From Eledone cirrhosa (taxonomy: Eukaryota): DNA of 64,000 nucleotides. Numbering within the stretch: the stretch's first letter is position 1; each line of letters opens with the position of its first letter. The position numbers and the translations under genes are program-made. The stretch lies in contig OZ024743.1 in NCBI GenBank assembly GCA_964016885.1, positions 248,806,001-248,870,000 of the forward strand. The letters run 5' to 3'. Below the pieces are notes generated by a model. It had not been told where the DNA came from. It saw only the letters and a program-made list of their open reading frames with translations, and ran no database searches. Shown here one piece after another: positions 1 to 12,924 of the stretch.

Positions 1-462
1 CCTGAACCCATGTCTGTAACAACACCAACAACAGTTAGTTGTGGTAACAAACTAAAATACGAACGTCTAATCTGCCACAATTGAGTGTTGTAAGTGCAAT
101 CAGATATGATTCCATGTACAACCCACACTTTTCTCATCTAATCATCTAATTATTATAGAAATAAAGTTACTAATGTAATATAAGCAAATAATATCTTATC
201 TTCCCTGCAGTGGGATTTTAACAAGCATCCATTCTGTTTTATATTGAAACACTTTTCTTGAGATGCCTTTAATATATATATAAAATATATATACATATAT
301 ATATAAATATATATATAATAAGGGTTGACGGACCCAGCATATTTATCAATGCCAGTACCGGTTGTATCTCAGCATACTCAATGGGCAATGTAAGATACAT
401 TACCAGAGTATACACATACTTATTAGCCTCAACACAACACACGTAAAATGGATGCCTATAAG

Positions 463-580
463 GTTCCTGGATTCGAGTTTCTGCAGCACTAATGCAGCAG
501 TAAGGTGCACTGCACCATCTGTCTGCATATATTATGCAACAATGCACAATCGGCTTATGCGGCTTCATCAGCGGGTATCA
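463..580 (-). ncRNA. Degenerate hammerhead-like motif with long stem II
   Basis: cccg-CUGAUGA ... GAAAC-UCGA-AUC-cagg; mismatches look like decay of GUC/CGGG. Confidence 0.4.
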
Positions 581-620
581 CTTAATCAATAACCAATCGA
601 TCGACATATATATATATATA

Positions 621-963
621 GAGGCACATGGCTTAGTGGTTACAACATAGGCCTTGCAATCGAAAGGTTGTGAGTTCAATTCTCAGACCGGGTGATGTGT
701 TGTTTCCTTGAGCAAGACACTTTATTTCACATTGCTCCAGTTTACTCAGCTGTAGAAATGAGATGATAGGGGCTGGGGTCCATATCATTCCACTGTAAAG
801 TGGTCGTGGAGGTGCCACGGCAAAAAAGCAACCCAACACTCACTGTAAAATGAGGTTGGTGTTAGGAAGGGCATCCAGCTGTAGAAATCAAGCCAGAATC
901 AGTTCCCGTCCCACCCTTGCAAGCAGGGAAAAGTGGACGTAAAATGAAATGATGAATGATGAT
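621..963 (+). mobile_element. tRNA-derived SINE (family A) with RTE-derived 3' tail
   Basis: A box TGGCTTAGTGG, B box GAGTTCAATTC, tail nearly identical to the RTE 3' end at 21781-21835, (TGA)n end; near-identical copy at 59951. Confidence 0.88.
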
Positions 964-2991
964 ATATATATATATTTAATATAGAAATGGCTTCTACAGG
1001 ACTAGAACTGTTTCATTCGAAGGAAATCATCATTTATACTCTGCTATTACACAGTAAGTAAAGTTACTTACTGTGTTTACCCCTGATTGAACCCGGGATA
1101 CACACACACGCACACATATATATATATATAGAGAGAGAGAGGGAGAAAGAAAGAGTCAGATAGACAGAATAGATACATAGATAAACTCTCAAACAAACAT
1201 ATATGTATACATATATATACTAATGGTTGTAGGGGCTTGTACCAATGTAATTAGATTAAATTCATGCCATGTTTTCATGCAGACATCCCAGTGGATTTTA
1301 GTGAACACCACAGGATATGAAGAAGCAGTAACACTAGGAATAGGATTGGAGATGCTGAATAAATAAATGACTAGTCATGTGATGTTTGACGTCAGCCGGA
1401 TGTTGTGACTCAACGGAATGCTTTTGGTTTTTCAGTAAAAATGACTGCATATAATGTCAAGTGAAGAATTTGCTTTTACCTTCTCTTTAGTGTAAGTGTT
1501 TAGTTAGTGGTAGTACTTTATGTAGAAAAAAACATGTATCTCTTTACTCCATTCCTATAGGGTGTTACTAGATTCAAGATTTACCATGAAACCTTGTAAA
1601 TCCTAGAGTTGAATTTGTCTGGCAAGTGACTTGGTCTGAGACCATATTGAAACTAAAGCAATGACAGTGTGGAAGGATCATTTTAACCATTAAAAAATAC
1701 ACAAAAATTGGTGATACCAGGAAATAAATAATATATGTAAAGTGAAGTTAACAGTTTCTGTGTATTTTTTACTGACTCTTTCATGATGTAATTGCTGGAG
1801 CAAATCTAACTTATTTACCTTTTTGCAGGATGCAGCAAGATTGAATGGTTTTAAAAAAATTGCTTCACAATCTTACGATTCTACTGCAAGACATCTTGGA
1901 CAAATGTCATTTACCATAGCCATGGGTCAATTATGAGTGAAATTGGATAAACAGAAACTGTTTGGAAACCCATCAGATGGACTGTACTTCTGTCGCACTG
2001 AATCTCTCTGATAATTACATTAAGGGTTCACGTATCTGTGAAATGCTCAGCCACTTACACATTTATTTTCTGAAGAAGCTGTTCTATTGAATGAACAACT
2101 GTTAGACTTGTCATTAAAACCAATGGAGGTTCATTTCATTCCATTCTCCTTATTAGCAAGATTGTTGCAATTTTTCATATCACTTCAGTGTGCTGAATCT
2201 ACTTAACTTAGACACTTAATTATTTTGCTTACCTGCATTTTAAGATCTCGTATTCCCCTACATTTATAGCCAATATTTATCAACAGAATCCTCACTCTTT
2301 CATGTATTTCAAAAGCTAATCCTGATTTTTTTTCCCCAGCTGCTTTGCATGGATGTGTTTTGGGGAAATTTTGATTTTTTTTCTTTTTCTGTTTATACCA
2401 GACCTTATATTGCAATAAGGTAGAAAATTGGCAGAGTTATTATAATATCAGGCATTCTGAGTTCAAATCCTGCCTTTCATCCTTTCAAGGTCAATAAATA
2501 AAGTAACATTTCAATATTTGGGTTGATTCTTCCTGTATCTCGCCCCCTTTCTTGGAGAAAATTGGTTATATTCAGATTTGAAGAGAGATTAGCTTTGCTA
2601 GGTTTAAATGGTGCTACAACTTGATTAGGAGTTCAAGGGCCTTGAATGCTTGCATATATTTCAATAATCTTAATATTGATAAATATAACAGTGGTTGTTA
2701 AATAGTCAAATCACAAGAATGTCAAGCTTTTGGGCAAAATCCTACATAAGCACAGTCATGGCTGTGTGGTTAAGGAGTTTGCTTTGAAGCTTTGTGGTTT
2801 CAGGTTCAGTTCTACAATTTTCAAATCAAGCCATACTTTAACAAAGTTTCTTCAGTGGTTACTTTTTTTATATAAATTTCTGGCAGAACAGCTTTCTGAA
2901 TTAAAAGTTATTCAGTATAACTCTCAATTTAATAGGGGTGTATATGGAGGTATATATGATATGTTTATGTATAATAAACAAACATGAGTGA

Positions 2992-3125
2992 TGACACATG
3001 GTTTAGTGGTTAAAGAGTTGCATTCATAATCATGAGGTTGTGAGTTCGATTCCCAGACTGGGTGATGTATTGTGTCCTTGAGCAAGACACTTTATTTCAT
3101 GTTGTTCTAGTTCACTCAGCTCTGG
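2992..3125 (+). mobile_element. SINE family A-related head, 3'-truncated
   Basis: A/B boxes and body similar to the 621 copy. Confidence 0.75.
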
Positions 3126-3129
3126 AAGA

Positions 3130-3660
3130 GGATATGCAGGCGTTTTGCTAAGGTTCATTTGTATGTTTTTAGGAGGATTGCTGGGAATCATTCAGAGTCA
3201 TCATTTGAATTTGGCCTCATTCCATCTATGGTTGATATTAAATCTTCCTTCTTTATATTTATATAGTTGATGGTTGCCATTTCTCTGTGTAGCACTGTTG
3301 TGTCAAAGAACTCATCTGGCTTATTTATTTACATATGCCTCATTGATGGTGTGAAAACACTTTTATATTACTTGTTCTGTATTTCACTTATCCCTTGGGG
3401 GGGTCAGTGAGTCATTTTTAGGGAAAAGTGGTCCTATCCTGTAGTGTAACAAGGCTGTCTCTTTTGTGGATTTAAAGAAAGCTTTATAGCTTGTTTTTAT
3501 ATTTTCTATAGCCCTGGCTTCTCTTTCTGCCCTCTCCTTTTCATGGGAGTGTCTGAGTTTAGTTTCAATTTCAAACAGTGCTGGCTTCAAATGGGATTCC
3601 TTCTTGTTCTTTAGTTGTATATTTAGCCAGTTTGAGATCTTCTTTCTTCATTAGATTTTA
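3130..3660 (-). mobile_element. Decayed LINE ORF2 fragment (CR1/L2-like)
   Basis: ENIKTSYKAFFK...IGPL resembles the region preceding RT in CR1-group ORF2; contains stops. Confidence 0.5.
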
Positions 3661-4348
3661 ATTTATATAGGATCCCTTTAAAATGGGTGGTTTTGTTTCA
3701 TAGAACCAGGGGTGGTTTGGTATAAAAAGGAACATTAGGAAGACCTGATCAACTTCCTTGCCTTTCTAATTGAGAGGATGATGATTGCTATTGATGTTAT
3801 ACATCTTTTGAAAAGAATATCCTAACAAGAACGTCTGTCACTGTTACCTAATTGTAAATTTACATTTGTAGTCATAATCATTAGTGCAGTTAATTATGTT
3901 ACAACATCTCTAAATAGCAATATCAAATCACTGAGCTTTTCAGATAAGTGGAACAGTGAAAATATACAATACTTTTCTAAAATTCAATAAACAAATTTTT
4001 ACTTTTGTTATTAGATAAATTTAAGTGCTGGAGTTTTGTTTCTTGTTTGGAAGCTATAGAAAGAATTGTACAGAAAGAATTCAAAGAAATGAAAAAAGAA
4101 AGAAAATACACATACATAAATACATCCATGAGACTTATGCGATATAGTGAAATAAATCCACATTGAAAATATATAATTGAAATACATTTTCTGTGAATTT
4201 CCAGTGTTCCAAATATTTTTTAAAACACAATTGTAAACATTACCTTAATATTAGACAGATAGATAGATAGATAGATAGATATTTTTAAGTATCTATATCT
4301 TTTCTAGCATTATCTTTCTGTCTACAAGTCTATCTATTAGCCGAACGG

Positions 4349-5110
4349 ACAACTTCCAAAAGTCCCTGGCCTGGCAGTGCTACCGAGGAGCTCTACCAGT
4401 TCGAGACAAGCTCTACAGACATGGGCGCCCGGGCAGGGACCCTGCAAAAAAGATCTGTCCGAGGTGCGTGCGAGACGAAGAAACCGTCGCGCACGCATTC
4501 ATACACTGCCCGGGCGTCACTGACCTGTGGGGATATGTAGAACGACTATTGTCGCGGGTGGGACCAATCCAGTTGACCACCGAGTCCATTGTCATGATCA
4601 AACCGCCACCCTCCTTCAAAAACGAAGGAGAGGCGGTTTTCCTTTGTGTGATAGCTATGGCGAAAGAGGTTGTATGGTGGACAAGGTTGAAAGGGCTGAG
4701 GTCAGACACCTTTCTCTCCGGCCAACAACTGATTCTTTTTTTCAAATACCACTTTGGAAGAAGAATCAGGATGGAGAGAGAGGTGCTGTACCGCAGCAAG
4801 TTTTATGAAAGGTGGGTGAAAGTGGCGAGAATGGCCCGAGTGAATGGGCCTTCTCTCTATATCAGCCTGTAGATTGAGGAAAAGGAGGAGGAGAGGAAAG
4901 GAGTACAAGCTCTTCGTACTCCTGGAGATGAGGGTTGCACATTTTTTCGGGGGTATGTGTTACCCATATAAACTGTCTCCCTCTATTGGGGAAAATCGAC
5001 TAACTTTTAAATTCCATCTGTGATAACATTTTACACGTTTTTATTGTATGTAAACTTCCCCCTTTGTATTTGTCCCCTTCTTTTGTGCCCCTGTGGCTAA
5101 TAAAGAAATA
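4349..5110 (+). mobile_element. 5'-truncated L1/Tx1-like LINE with 18-bp TSD
   Basis: ORF2 C-terminus with CPRC..ETVAHAFIHC zinc knuckle, stop at 4872, AATAAA at 5099; TSD tatctattagccgaacgg at 4331-4348 and 5111-5128. Confidence 0.85.
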
Positions 5111-5116
5111 TATCTA

Positions 5117-5715
5117 TTAGCCGAACGGTGCAGGAGGGGTTAGCCAAAGGAGAGAACGGTACAGGAGGGGTTAGCCAAAGGAGAGAATGGTGCAGGAGGG
5201 GTTAGCCAAAGGAGAGAATGGTGCAGGAGGGGTTAGCCAAAGGAGAGAATGGTGCAGGAGGGGTTAGCCAAATGAGAGAATGGTGCAGGAGGGGTTAGCC
5301 AAAGGAGAGAACGGTACAGGAGGGGTTAGCCAAAGGAGAGAACGGTACAGGAGGGGTTAGCCAAAAGAGAGAACGGTACAGGAGGGGTTAGCCAAAGGAG
5401 AGAACGGTACAGGAGGGGTTAGCCAAAGGAGAGAACGGTGCAGGAGGGGTTAGCCAAAAGAGAGAACGGTACAGGAGGGGTTAGCCAAAGGAGAGAACGG
5501 TACAGGAGGGGTTAGCCAAAGGAGAGAACGGTGCAGGAGGGGTTAGCCAAAAGAGAGAACGGTACAGGAGGGGTTAGCCAAAGGAGAGAACGGTACAGGA
5601 GGGGTTAGCCAAAAGAGAGAACGGTACAGGAGGGGTTAGCCAAAAGAGAGAACGGTACAGGAGGGGTTAGCCAAAGGAGAGAATGGTACAGGAGGGGTTA
5701 GCCAAAGGAGAGAAA
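5117..5715 (+). repeat. 31-bp purine-rich minisatellite, about 19 copies
   Basis: Unit gaacggtacaggaggggttagccaaaggaga with few variants. Confidence 0.97.
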
Positions 5716-5913
5716 CAGAGATACAGAGAAGAAGAATATGGACTGTAAAGATATCTATTAGCCTCTATGTGTGTACACACATATACATAATATGTATACA
5801 CACACACACACACATATATATATAGTATTATAAACTACATTCATAAGCACACACTCATTCGCACACACACACACATACACACACACATATACACATTCAC
5901 ATACATACATACA

Positions 5914-6467
5914 TGGTGGCTGCCAACTCGTTTTCGAGTACGGCCACTACTTTATATGCATGTAGGATAACCCCTACCAAAGCACTGAACGAGTGTGACT
6001 TTTTAGTCCAGCCAGCGACTTGAAAACTCTGGTACAAACACTACACTTGTGACAATTATTGACACATAGTGCTGGGCCCATGGTACCATTTGACGACAAG
6101 TGCAGAGAGATCTCCAGATATAAAGCAATGCCTGTGCCGTGAAGCTTTTATAGTGAGCAAAGGCACTGCACAAAGCCAGTCCCACTCTCTTAACCAAGAT
6201 GATATTTACCAAAAAGAAGAACAAGTCAACATCATTGGATACTATCAGGGTTGCAGGTGTTATATCAGAGTTTTCCTTCTCCTAGAATTCTGCCTTGACA
6301 AAGGCTAAGGGGTCATCTCTCCCGGTGATTTTGGATGGCCATTGACTCTTAAGAGCTCCTTTGCCTTTGACAGGTTTTGTTTTTAGTCCTGCAGGATGTC
6401 CAAAGTCACCCTCCTCACCAAGAAACCTTGGTGGGGTTGCCAGTTTAGTCGCCAACGACCCGACCAT
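5914..6467 (-). mobile_element. Non-coding repeat element, copy 1 (5'-truncated duplicate)
   Basis: Near-identical to 6819-7365; flanked by (TACA)n. Confidence 0.8.
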
Positions 6468-6818
6468 ACATACATACACACATATATACATACATATATA
6501 TACATATATACATACATACACACACATATACATACATATATATACACATACACACGTACATATATACATACATACATACATACATACACATATACATACA
6601 TATACACACATATACACATATATACATATACATATATATATACATACATACACATATACACATACATACATATATATATATACACATACATACATATACA
6701 CATACATACACATATACATACATACATACATATATACATACATATATACATACACACATACATACATATATACATACATACATACATACATACACATATA
6801 CATATATACATACATATA
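6468..6818. repeat. Compound (TACA/TA/CA)n microsatellite
   Basis: Direct reading. Confidence 0.97.
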
Positions 6819-7418
6819 TGGTGGCTGCCAACTCGTTTTCGAGTACGGCCACTACTTCATATCCATGTAGGATAACCCCTACCGAAGCGCTGAACGAGTG
6901 TGACTTTTTAGTCCAGCCAGCGACTTGAAACCTCTGGTACAAACACTACACTTGTGACAATTATTGACACATAGTGCTGGGCCCATGGTACCATGTGAGG
7001 ACAAGTGTAGAGAGATCTCCAGATATAAAGCAATGCCTGTGCCGTGAAGCTTTTATAGTGAGCAAAGACACTGCACAAAGCCAGTCCCACTCTCTTAACC
7101 AAGATGATATTTACCAAAAAGAAGAACAAGTCAACATCATTGGATACCATCAGGGTTATATCAGAGTTTTCCTTCTCCTAGAATTCTGCCTTGACAAAGG
7201 CTAAGGGGTCATCTCTCCCGGTGATTTTGGATGGCCATTGACTCTTAAGAGCTCCTTTGCCCTTTGACAGGTTTTGTTTTTAGTCCTGCAGGATGTCCAA
7301 AGTCACCCTCCTCACCAAGAAACCTTGGTGGGGTTGCCAGTTTAGTCGCCAACGACCCGACCATGAGACAGGTTGTACTGGGATACATGTTACCAGTAGC
7401 ACCAACTGGTGACCTGAC
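6819..7418 (-). mobile_element. Non-coding repeat element, copy 2 (about 600 bp), possibly derived from an RTE 5' UTR
   Basis: Between (TACA)n tracts; hairpin-rich; minus strand has CTAGGAGAAGGAAAACTCTGA and GGCGACTAAA, which I recall from RTE-type 5' UTRs (unverified). Confidence 0.6.
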
Positions 7419-7467
7419 ATACATACATACATACATACATACATACATACATACATACATACATACA

Positions 7468-7498
<31 letters not shown>

Positions 7499-8954
7499 GT
7501 ATATTGCTAATATAAAGTAAATAATATTATTGTCCTAACTAATATATGTTCAATATATTTTTTTGTACAATATGTCTAGATTGTGCCAAGAACAATATCT
7601 TGTGAGTTACCTCTGTTTGGAAGTTTTACTATCAACAAGTCTATATATTTTTTTATATACTGATATTTTCATTACATGTGTGTGTGTGTCTTCCGAAGAT
7701 TTATGGTTACAGCTTAAAAGATAGAATTTCAAATATTGGCCTATTCTCTAAAGGTGACATTGAATCTTTTCTTTTGCAATACCAGTTGAAATAAATTGGT
7801 CATATCAGAATGAGTGACAGTAGAATTCCAAAAGTCCTCATGTATAGCCAACTCCATGATGGAAGGAGAAACATTGGAAGACCGTGGCCAAGGTACAAGG
7901 ACAAGCTCAAAGCTAACCTGAAAGCAATAAAAATTCCTACACAAACATTTGAAGAAACCAGACTGAATCAAAATAAATGAAATTTAACCCGCTATAACAC
8001 CATGAAAATTATGAAATGAGTAGTTTGGATCATCTTAAAGACTTGAGAGCAATGGCAAAGATTCAATCTAACACATCAGTCACTCTGTATAACAGTCCTC
8101 TCTCATATCCAATCTGTGGGAGAATTTGGTCAATAAGATAAACTACCAGTAATGCACTGGAGTTTAATCAACTTTACCCTCTGCCAAAATTGCTAGCCTT
8201 GTACCTAAATCAGAAACCAAGGGATTTGAACTCAGAATGTAAAGGGCCATGCAGCATAGAGTTATGGCCCTTTACGTTCTGAGTTCAAATCACGTCGAGG
8301 TTAGCTTTGCCTTTCATCCTTACAGGGGTCAATAAAATAAAGCACCAGTAATACACCAGGATAATTGCTGGCCTTGTGCCATAAGTAGAAACAATTATTA
8401 CTTACACACACACACATAGAAATATTCATTGAAAGATTGATTGTTTTGTTGTACTTTAAATAAAGGAGAGATTGTTTATTTAGCTGACCTTGTCAGTTAT
8501 TTGGATAAATAATGTCTTTGCTCCACCCCCATTCATCTACCGTTTCTGTTTATATAAATTCATTTTTAGCATGAAATACTGTCAGATATTTTTGTTTTAT
8601 TTTCATTCTTTTTCTTTTAATTTCTGTGTTTCCATCATTCTTTTATAACATTCTTTGCTAAAAGTATTACATCTAATGCTAAAAAAAGAAAAGGAAAAAA
8701 TATTGATTGTCCACGTTTTCCTTCTTTTACTCAATTTTGTCCAACTATTATTTATTATAGTCATTTGCATTGGGACGACTACATTTCAGATTTAAAATAT
8801 AGTATTACACTACTTGGATGGTGACAGGAGTATTTAACCCTTTTGTTACCAACCTGGCCAAAACCGGCTCAGGTTCTATGTAATAAAACTACCCATTTTA
8901 AAGGTTTCCAATTCAAAATAAAATCTTCCAACATAAATGTATATAACAATCTTA

Positions 8955-9125
8955 TGGCAGTATTGGTATAGGGTCGGACGCCATGCTTTCCAGCATAGTT
9001 ACGTCCCTTAACGATCTGAGTTCAAATCCCACTGAGGTTGACTTTGCCTTTCATCCTTACGGGGTCGATAAAATAAAGTACCAGTAATGAACTGGGTAAT
9101 TGTTGGCCTTTTGCCAAAAAGTAGA
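8955..9125 (+). mobile_element. tRNA-derived SINE family B (central domain gcctttcatccttacggggtcgataaa)
   Basis: A box-like GGCAGTATTGG, B box GAGTTCAAATCC; related copies at 8257-8398, 24755-24905, 27213-27388, 46769-47250. Confidence 0.8.
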
Positions 9126-9529
9126 TTTACGCAAATATATATGCACATAGATATAATACGCAAATTGACAATATGCACATAAACTGAACAAAGACTGTTA
9201 CACTTACTTCTGTAATCAGTAAAGTAATCCATGATGCATTAAAAAAAAAGACGATAATGGAGATGGAAAAGTGATGAAACTGTTGACTGAAAATGTTCAT
9301 GAATCTTCACTTGAGAATGTTGATGGAAAGTTTCAAGCAGTGAATATGAAATAGATGCTGCTGGTATGAATGAATGAATTACATTTACCAATATGAAGAG
9401 TTGACCTTCGCTATATTGTTGTTTTACTGTATTCACATATAGACTTCTTAAGTTTTTGTAGTGTCCCTTTTCTAACAGTTAAAAAGTAACTGAAATGCAT
9501 TTCAATTAAAAGAGAATGATAGCTGTTTC

Positions 9530-12500
9530 ACATCACTGTAGAATTAATTTCTTTGTAGACACAGTTGTCAGCAAACAGACCCCTTTCATTTAATATTTTT
9601 ATATTTTCTTTTTTTTTGTAATTCATGATAATGCAACATACATCTGACCATGTGAGAAGAATTGTGTTGGTAGATATACACCTATCTTTTCAAATGTCTG
9701 TCCTTGTGCCTTGTTGCATGTAAGGGCAAAGGCTGATTTGACAGGAAATTGCTTGCGAGTAAAGGTGAAAGGGAACTCAAGCTCTTGAGATACATGTGGT
9801 ATCCTTGGGATTAGCAACCTTGTTCCAGCATTGGGACCCAATGCCACTTCAGCTTCAATTACATGATTACGTAAACTGATGATGATGTAGCGTGTACCAT
9901 TGCAATGACCGTTTAGAGGATCCAGATTTCTCAGAAGCATGCTGCAACTGCCTTTCTTCAGTTTAAGTATGTGTGTTGGGAAGCCTGATGGGGTAAGTTT
10001 GTTGATGAACTCAATTGGATATTGCAGTTAATTATCTACTGTATCAGAGCTTCTGTAGATTATTTCATGACCAGGGAACTTGTTGACCATGAACTCATTC
10101 ACCAATCTTGCTGCATCATTTGTTGGAGTGATAATTGCTCTATTTGCAAGCCATAGTGGGTTTGTGTAGTTTCCTGGAAGATTTGTATACACAAAATCAC
10201 ACAGTCCACACACATTACCATATTCCAGAGAAAGTTTATTTGGCAGAAGAATTGTGAACAGTTGGAACAGTTGGAATGTTACCATTTCCCACATCAAGAA
10301 GGTAGTTTGCAAACTGTCTTTCATCAGAATCCTCTGCATTAATTAACTGTTGATTGGTTGTCATCTCCATGGTTTCCACATAGTCCCAGAGTCTTGATGG
10401 TTGCCTCAACTATTTGTGGTCTAACACCATGACGTACAACTGGAAGAATTTGCTTCCAGTCACCAGATAGTAATACTGTTAGACCACCAAATGGCTTTTT
10501 TGCAATCTCGAACATCTTTGAAGCTCCTGTCAAGGCATTCAAAGATATGCTTATGTCCCATACATATCTCATCAATGATTAGCAGGTCAGCTTGCTGCAT
10601 AAGTTTACCTGTGTCATCCCTCTTAGTGAAGAAGAAAGTTGATTCAGCAGTCACATTGAGAGGAATCTTGCACTTGGAATGAAGAGTTCTACCTTTGTGA
10701 AGCAAAGTGGCTGCTATTCCAGATATGGCAGTGGCAAGTGCAATTTTCTTTTTAGATCGGAGGTAATCCAATAGGATGTTTATGACATAGGTCTTTCCTG
10801 TACCTGCACTTGCATTCAAGCAGAAAATTCTGCCTTCATTTTGATTTACAGAGGTGATTACTTTGTGAAAAATAACCAGTTGCTCAGGATTCAATGTTGG
10901 CAGAAGTTCATTTATGTTTGCTTGCAGTTGGTGTGTATTGAAATCAGTTTCTGCCATAAGAACCCTGTTGATTTCTGGTATGGCAACAATAGTTAGGTCT
11001 GGCCGAGGAAGTCCATAGTTGGCATGAATGCCCAAGCCATCATGTTGAATTCTTTGTTCGATCTTCTGTAGAACAATCTGCACGGTTTGCATGGACATTA
11101 CTTGCTCATGACGTTCAAGCATGATATCCTCTGCAAGACAATTCTTCCATTTCTCCCAGAACTGCAGAGGGTCATTTGGCATGCTGTACAATAAAATGGT
11201 GCAGAAGATCTCTCGCAGCTGAGGACCAAGCATAATGGATGAGGCCTCTTCCATAGCTTTGTCTTTTTCTCCATCTTCATCTAACAGACCAAGTTTCCTG
11301 CATGCTTCTTGGAATGTTGGAAATTCAACTCCTTCAATTGTCCTCAAATCTTTGTATGAAGTTGACCTAGCCTTGTGATGTAGGATCATCCTGAGGTAAT
11401 ATAATTCAGATTGATGTCTACTGAGAGATACTGTTGGAATGCGTCCAAGAGATTCCCTCATAAATTGTTGATCACCATCAAGATGTCCCTTTTTTCTTCT
11501 TTGCCACTTTTTTGTTTGTCCAAGTGAAATATTTAAGAATATCAATTTACAATATGTTTTGTGCCAGTGGGTCTCTAATATTCAGTTGAAAATATTCCGT
11601 CAACTTAGTCATTGGCTGTCCCCTAGAAACAAAACTTTCTTCCTGCCCTTGCTCATACACAACCATTTGTTCACCAGGTAAATGGCAAGGCAACTTTTCA
11701 ACTAGCGGTTTTCGATGATGTAATGGAAATTTATAGATTCTCCAGAATGCTTCACTGGCTGAGATGTACCTTGCATTGATATAGGTCTCAATCTCATTTT
11801 GGGCATGGACATAATTTCCTTGATCATCCTTAATAGTGAAAGTGATCTTGTCTGATCCTTTTGTGATGTACTTATATAAGTACTTAACAGCCTTGACACT
11901 GTGGACAACCTCACAATTGATGTGCCACTGATATCTCAATGAGAGGAAAGGGTTGTATGGAACAATCCAACGATTATCAACAGTAAATTCTTGACCTTTA
12001 AGTTGGATTGTATGGGTGTGACCACCATGCTGTCTATCCCTTCTTCTATACTCCGGAAAGGAATTTTCGGCAACAAATGTGGTTTGTCTGAATGCCTTGG
12101 GATAACTTTTTGAGCAATGGCGTTGTTGTCCTAGCCCTTCCATACATGAGCACATCATATTAGCGTGCCCTCATGGGCCATGAATGTTGCAAAATGTGAT
12201 GATCTTATGCAGAATTGGATTGGTCTCTTTATCAGAAATCTCACAGTACACTACCTGATCAATGGCATCAGCAGTTTGGGGCTTGCTATCTTCAGCCATT
12301 ATCAGCAGAATATGAGCATGAGTGAGACCTCGTTTTCTGCCACTCTATTGTAGCAGAATGAGCCACAACTTTTCCAAGGACATTTTTTTCAGTATGTCAT
12401 CCATGAGGCTGTCATACTTGATCTTGAAGACACTTGCACAAATATCAGGACGGTCTCTAGGTTCTTCACCAGGGTGCAAACTATTTTTTATTTCATCCCA

Positions 12501-12575
12501 GCTAGGGTTAGTTGTTACCGTGATGAAATAAGATGGCTTTCCCATGTGCCGAACCACAGTCATCGAATTCTGAAA
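9530..12575 (-). mobile_element. Helitron Rep/PIF1-helicase gene, decayed (frameshifts and stops)
   Basis: Rep motifs FITVTTNPSW, RGLTHAHI (HUH, 12309-12332), VKYLYKYITKG; helicase motifs ASAGTGKT, IIDEI, GDWKQILPV, KAQGQT, HGQMYVALS spread over at least 6 ORF pieces. Confidence 0.93.
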
Positions 12576-12924
12576 GCACTCACTGTAGAATCAAGGGGAA
12601 CCATAGATTGAAGGAGGAAGAACAATTCTCCGGCCTGCACTTGTTTCAGACGTTAGACTGTGCCCATGCTGTGGTTCCACGATTAAAGGATTTTCTTGAC
12701 CTCAATTCCAGTACATATATTTTAAAATCTAGTACTTATTTTATTGATCTCTTCTATTCTCTTTGAAACTTGTGTGTGTGTGTCTATGTGTTCATATGTA
12801 TGATGGTACCCTATCGCTTGTGACGAGGATTCTTCCAGCTAGGTTTCTCAAATGGAACTGCCTGAAATTAAGGTGAGAGTGTCTGAGCATTCCATAGACA
12901 CGTATAACAGAAGGTTTCAGCACA

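Noticed and set aside
621-700. tRNA-Cys-like gene (cttgcaat loop, A/B boxes)
   Set aside because: No proper acceptor stem; continues into a SINE body; multiple copies
1000-1035. Third hammerhead-like remnant (minus strand tgatga...gaaaac)
   Set aside because: Core C of CUGAUGA missing and stems not recoverable
5136-5143. Telomere-like ggggttag in the minisatellite
   Set aside because: Single partial motif per unit, not (TTAGGG)n
5117-5715. Possible CRISPR array (also 12925-13860 and 39110-39522)
   Set aside because: Head-to-tail repeats with no unique spacers, no cas genes, eukaryotic context
6282-7515. ORFs rich in MYVC/HTYI
   Set aside because: Translations of (TACA)n microsatellites
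9530-12575. Host PIF1 helicase gene
   Set aside because: Fused to HUH Rep motifs, intronless and frameshifted, so a Helitron remnant
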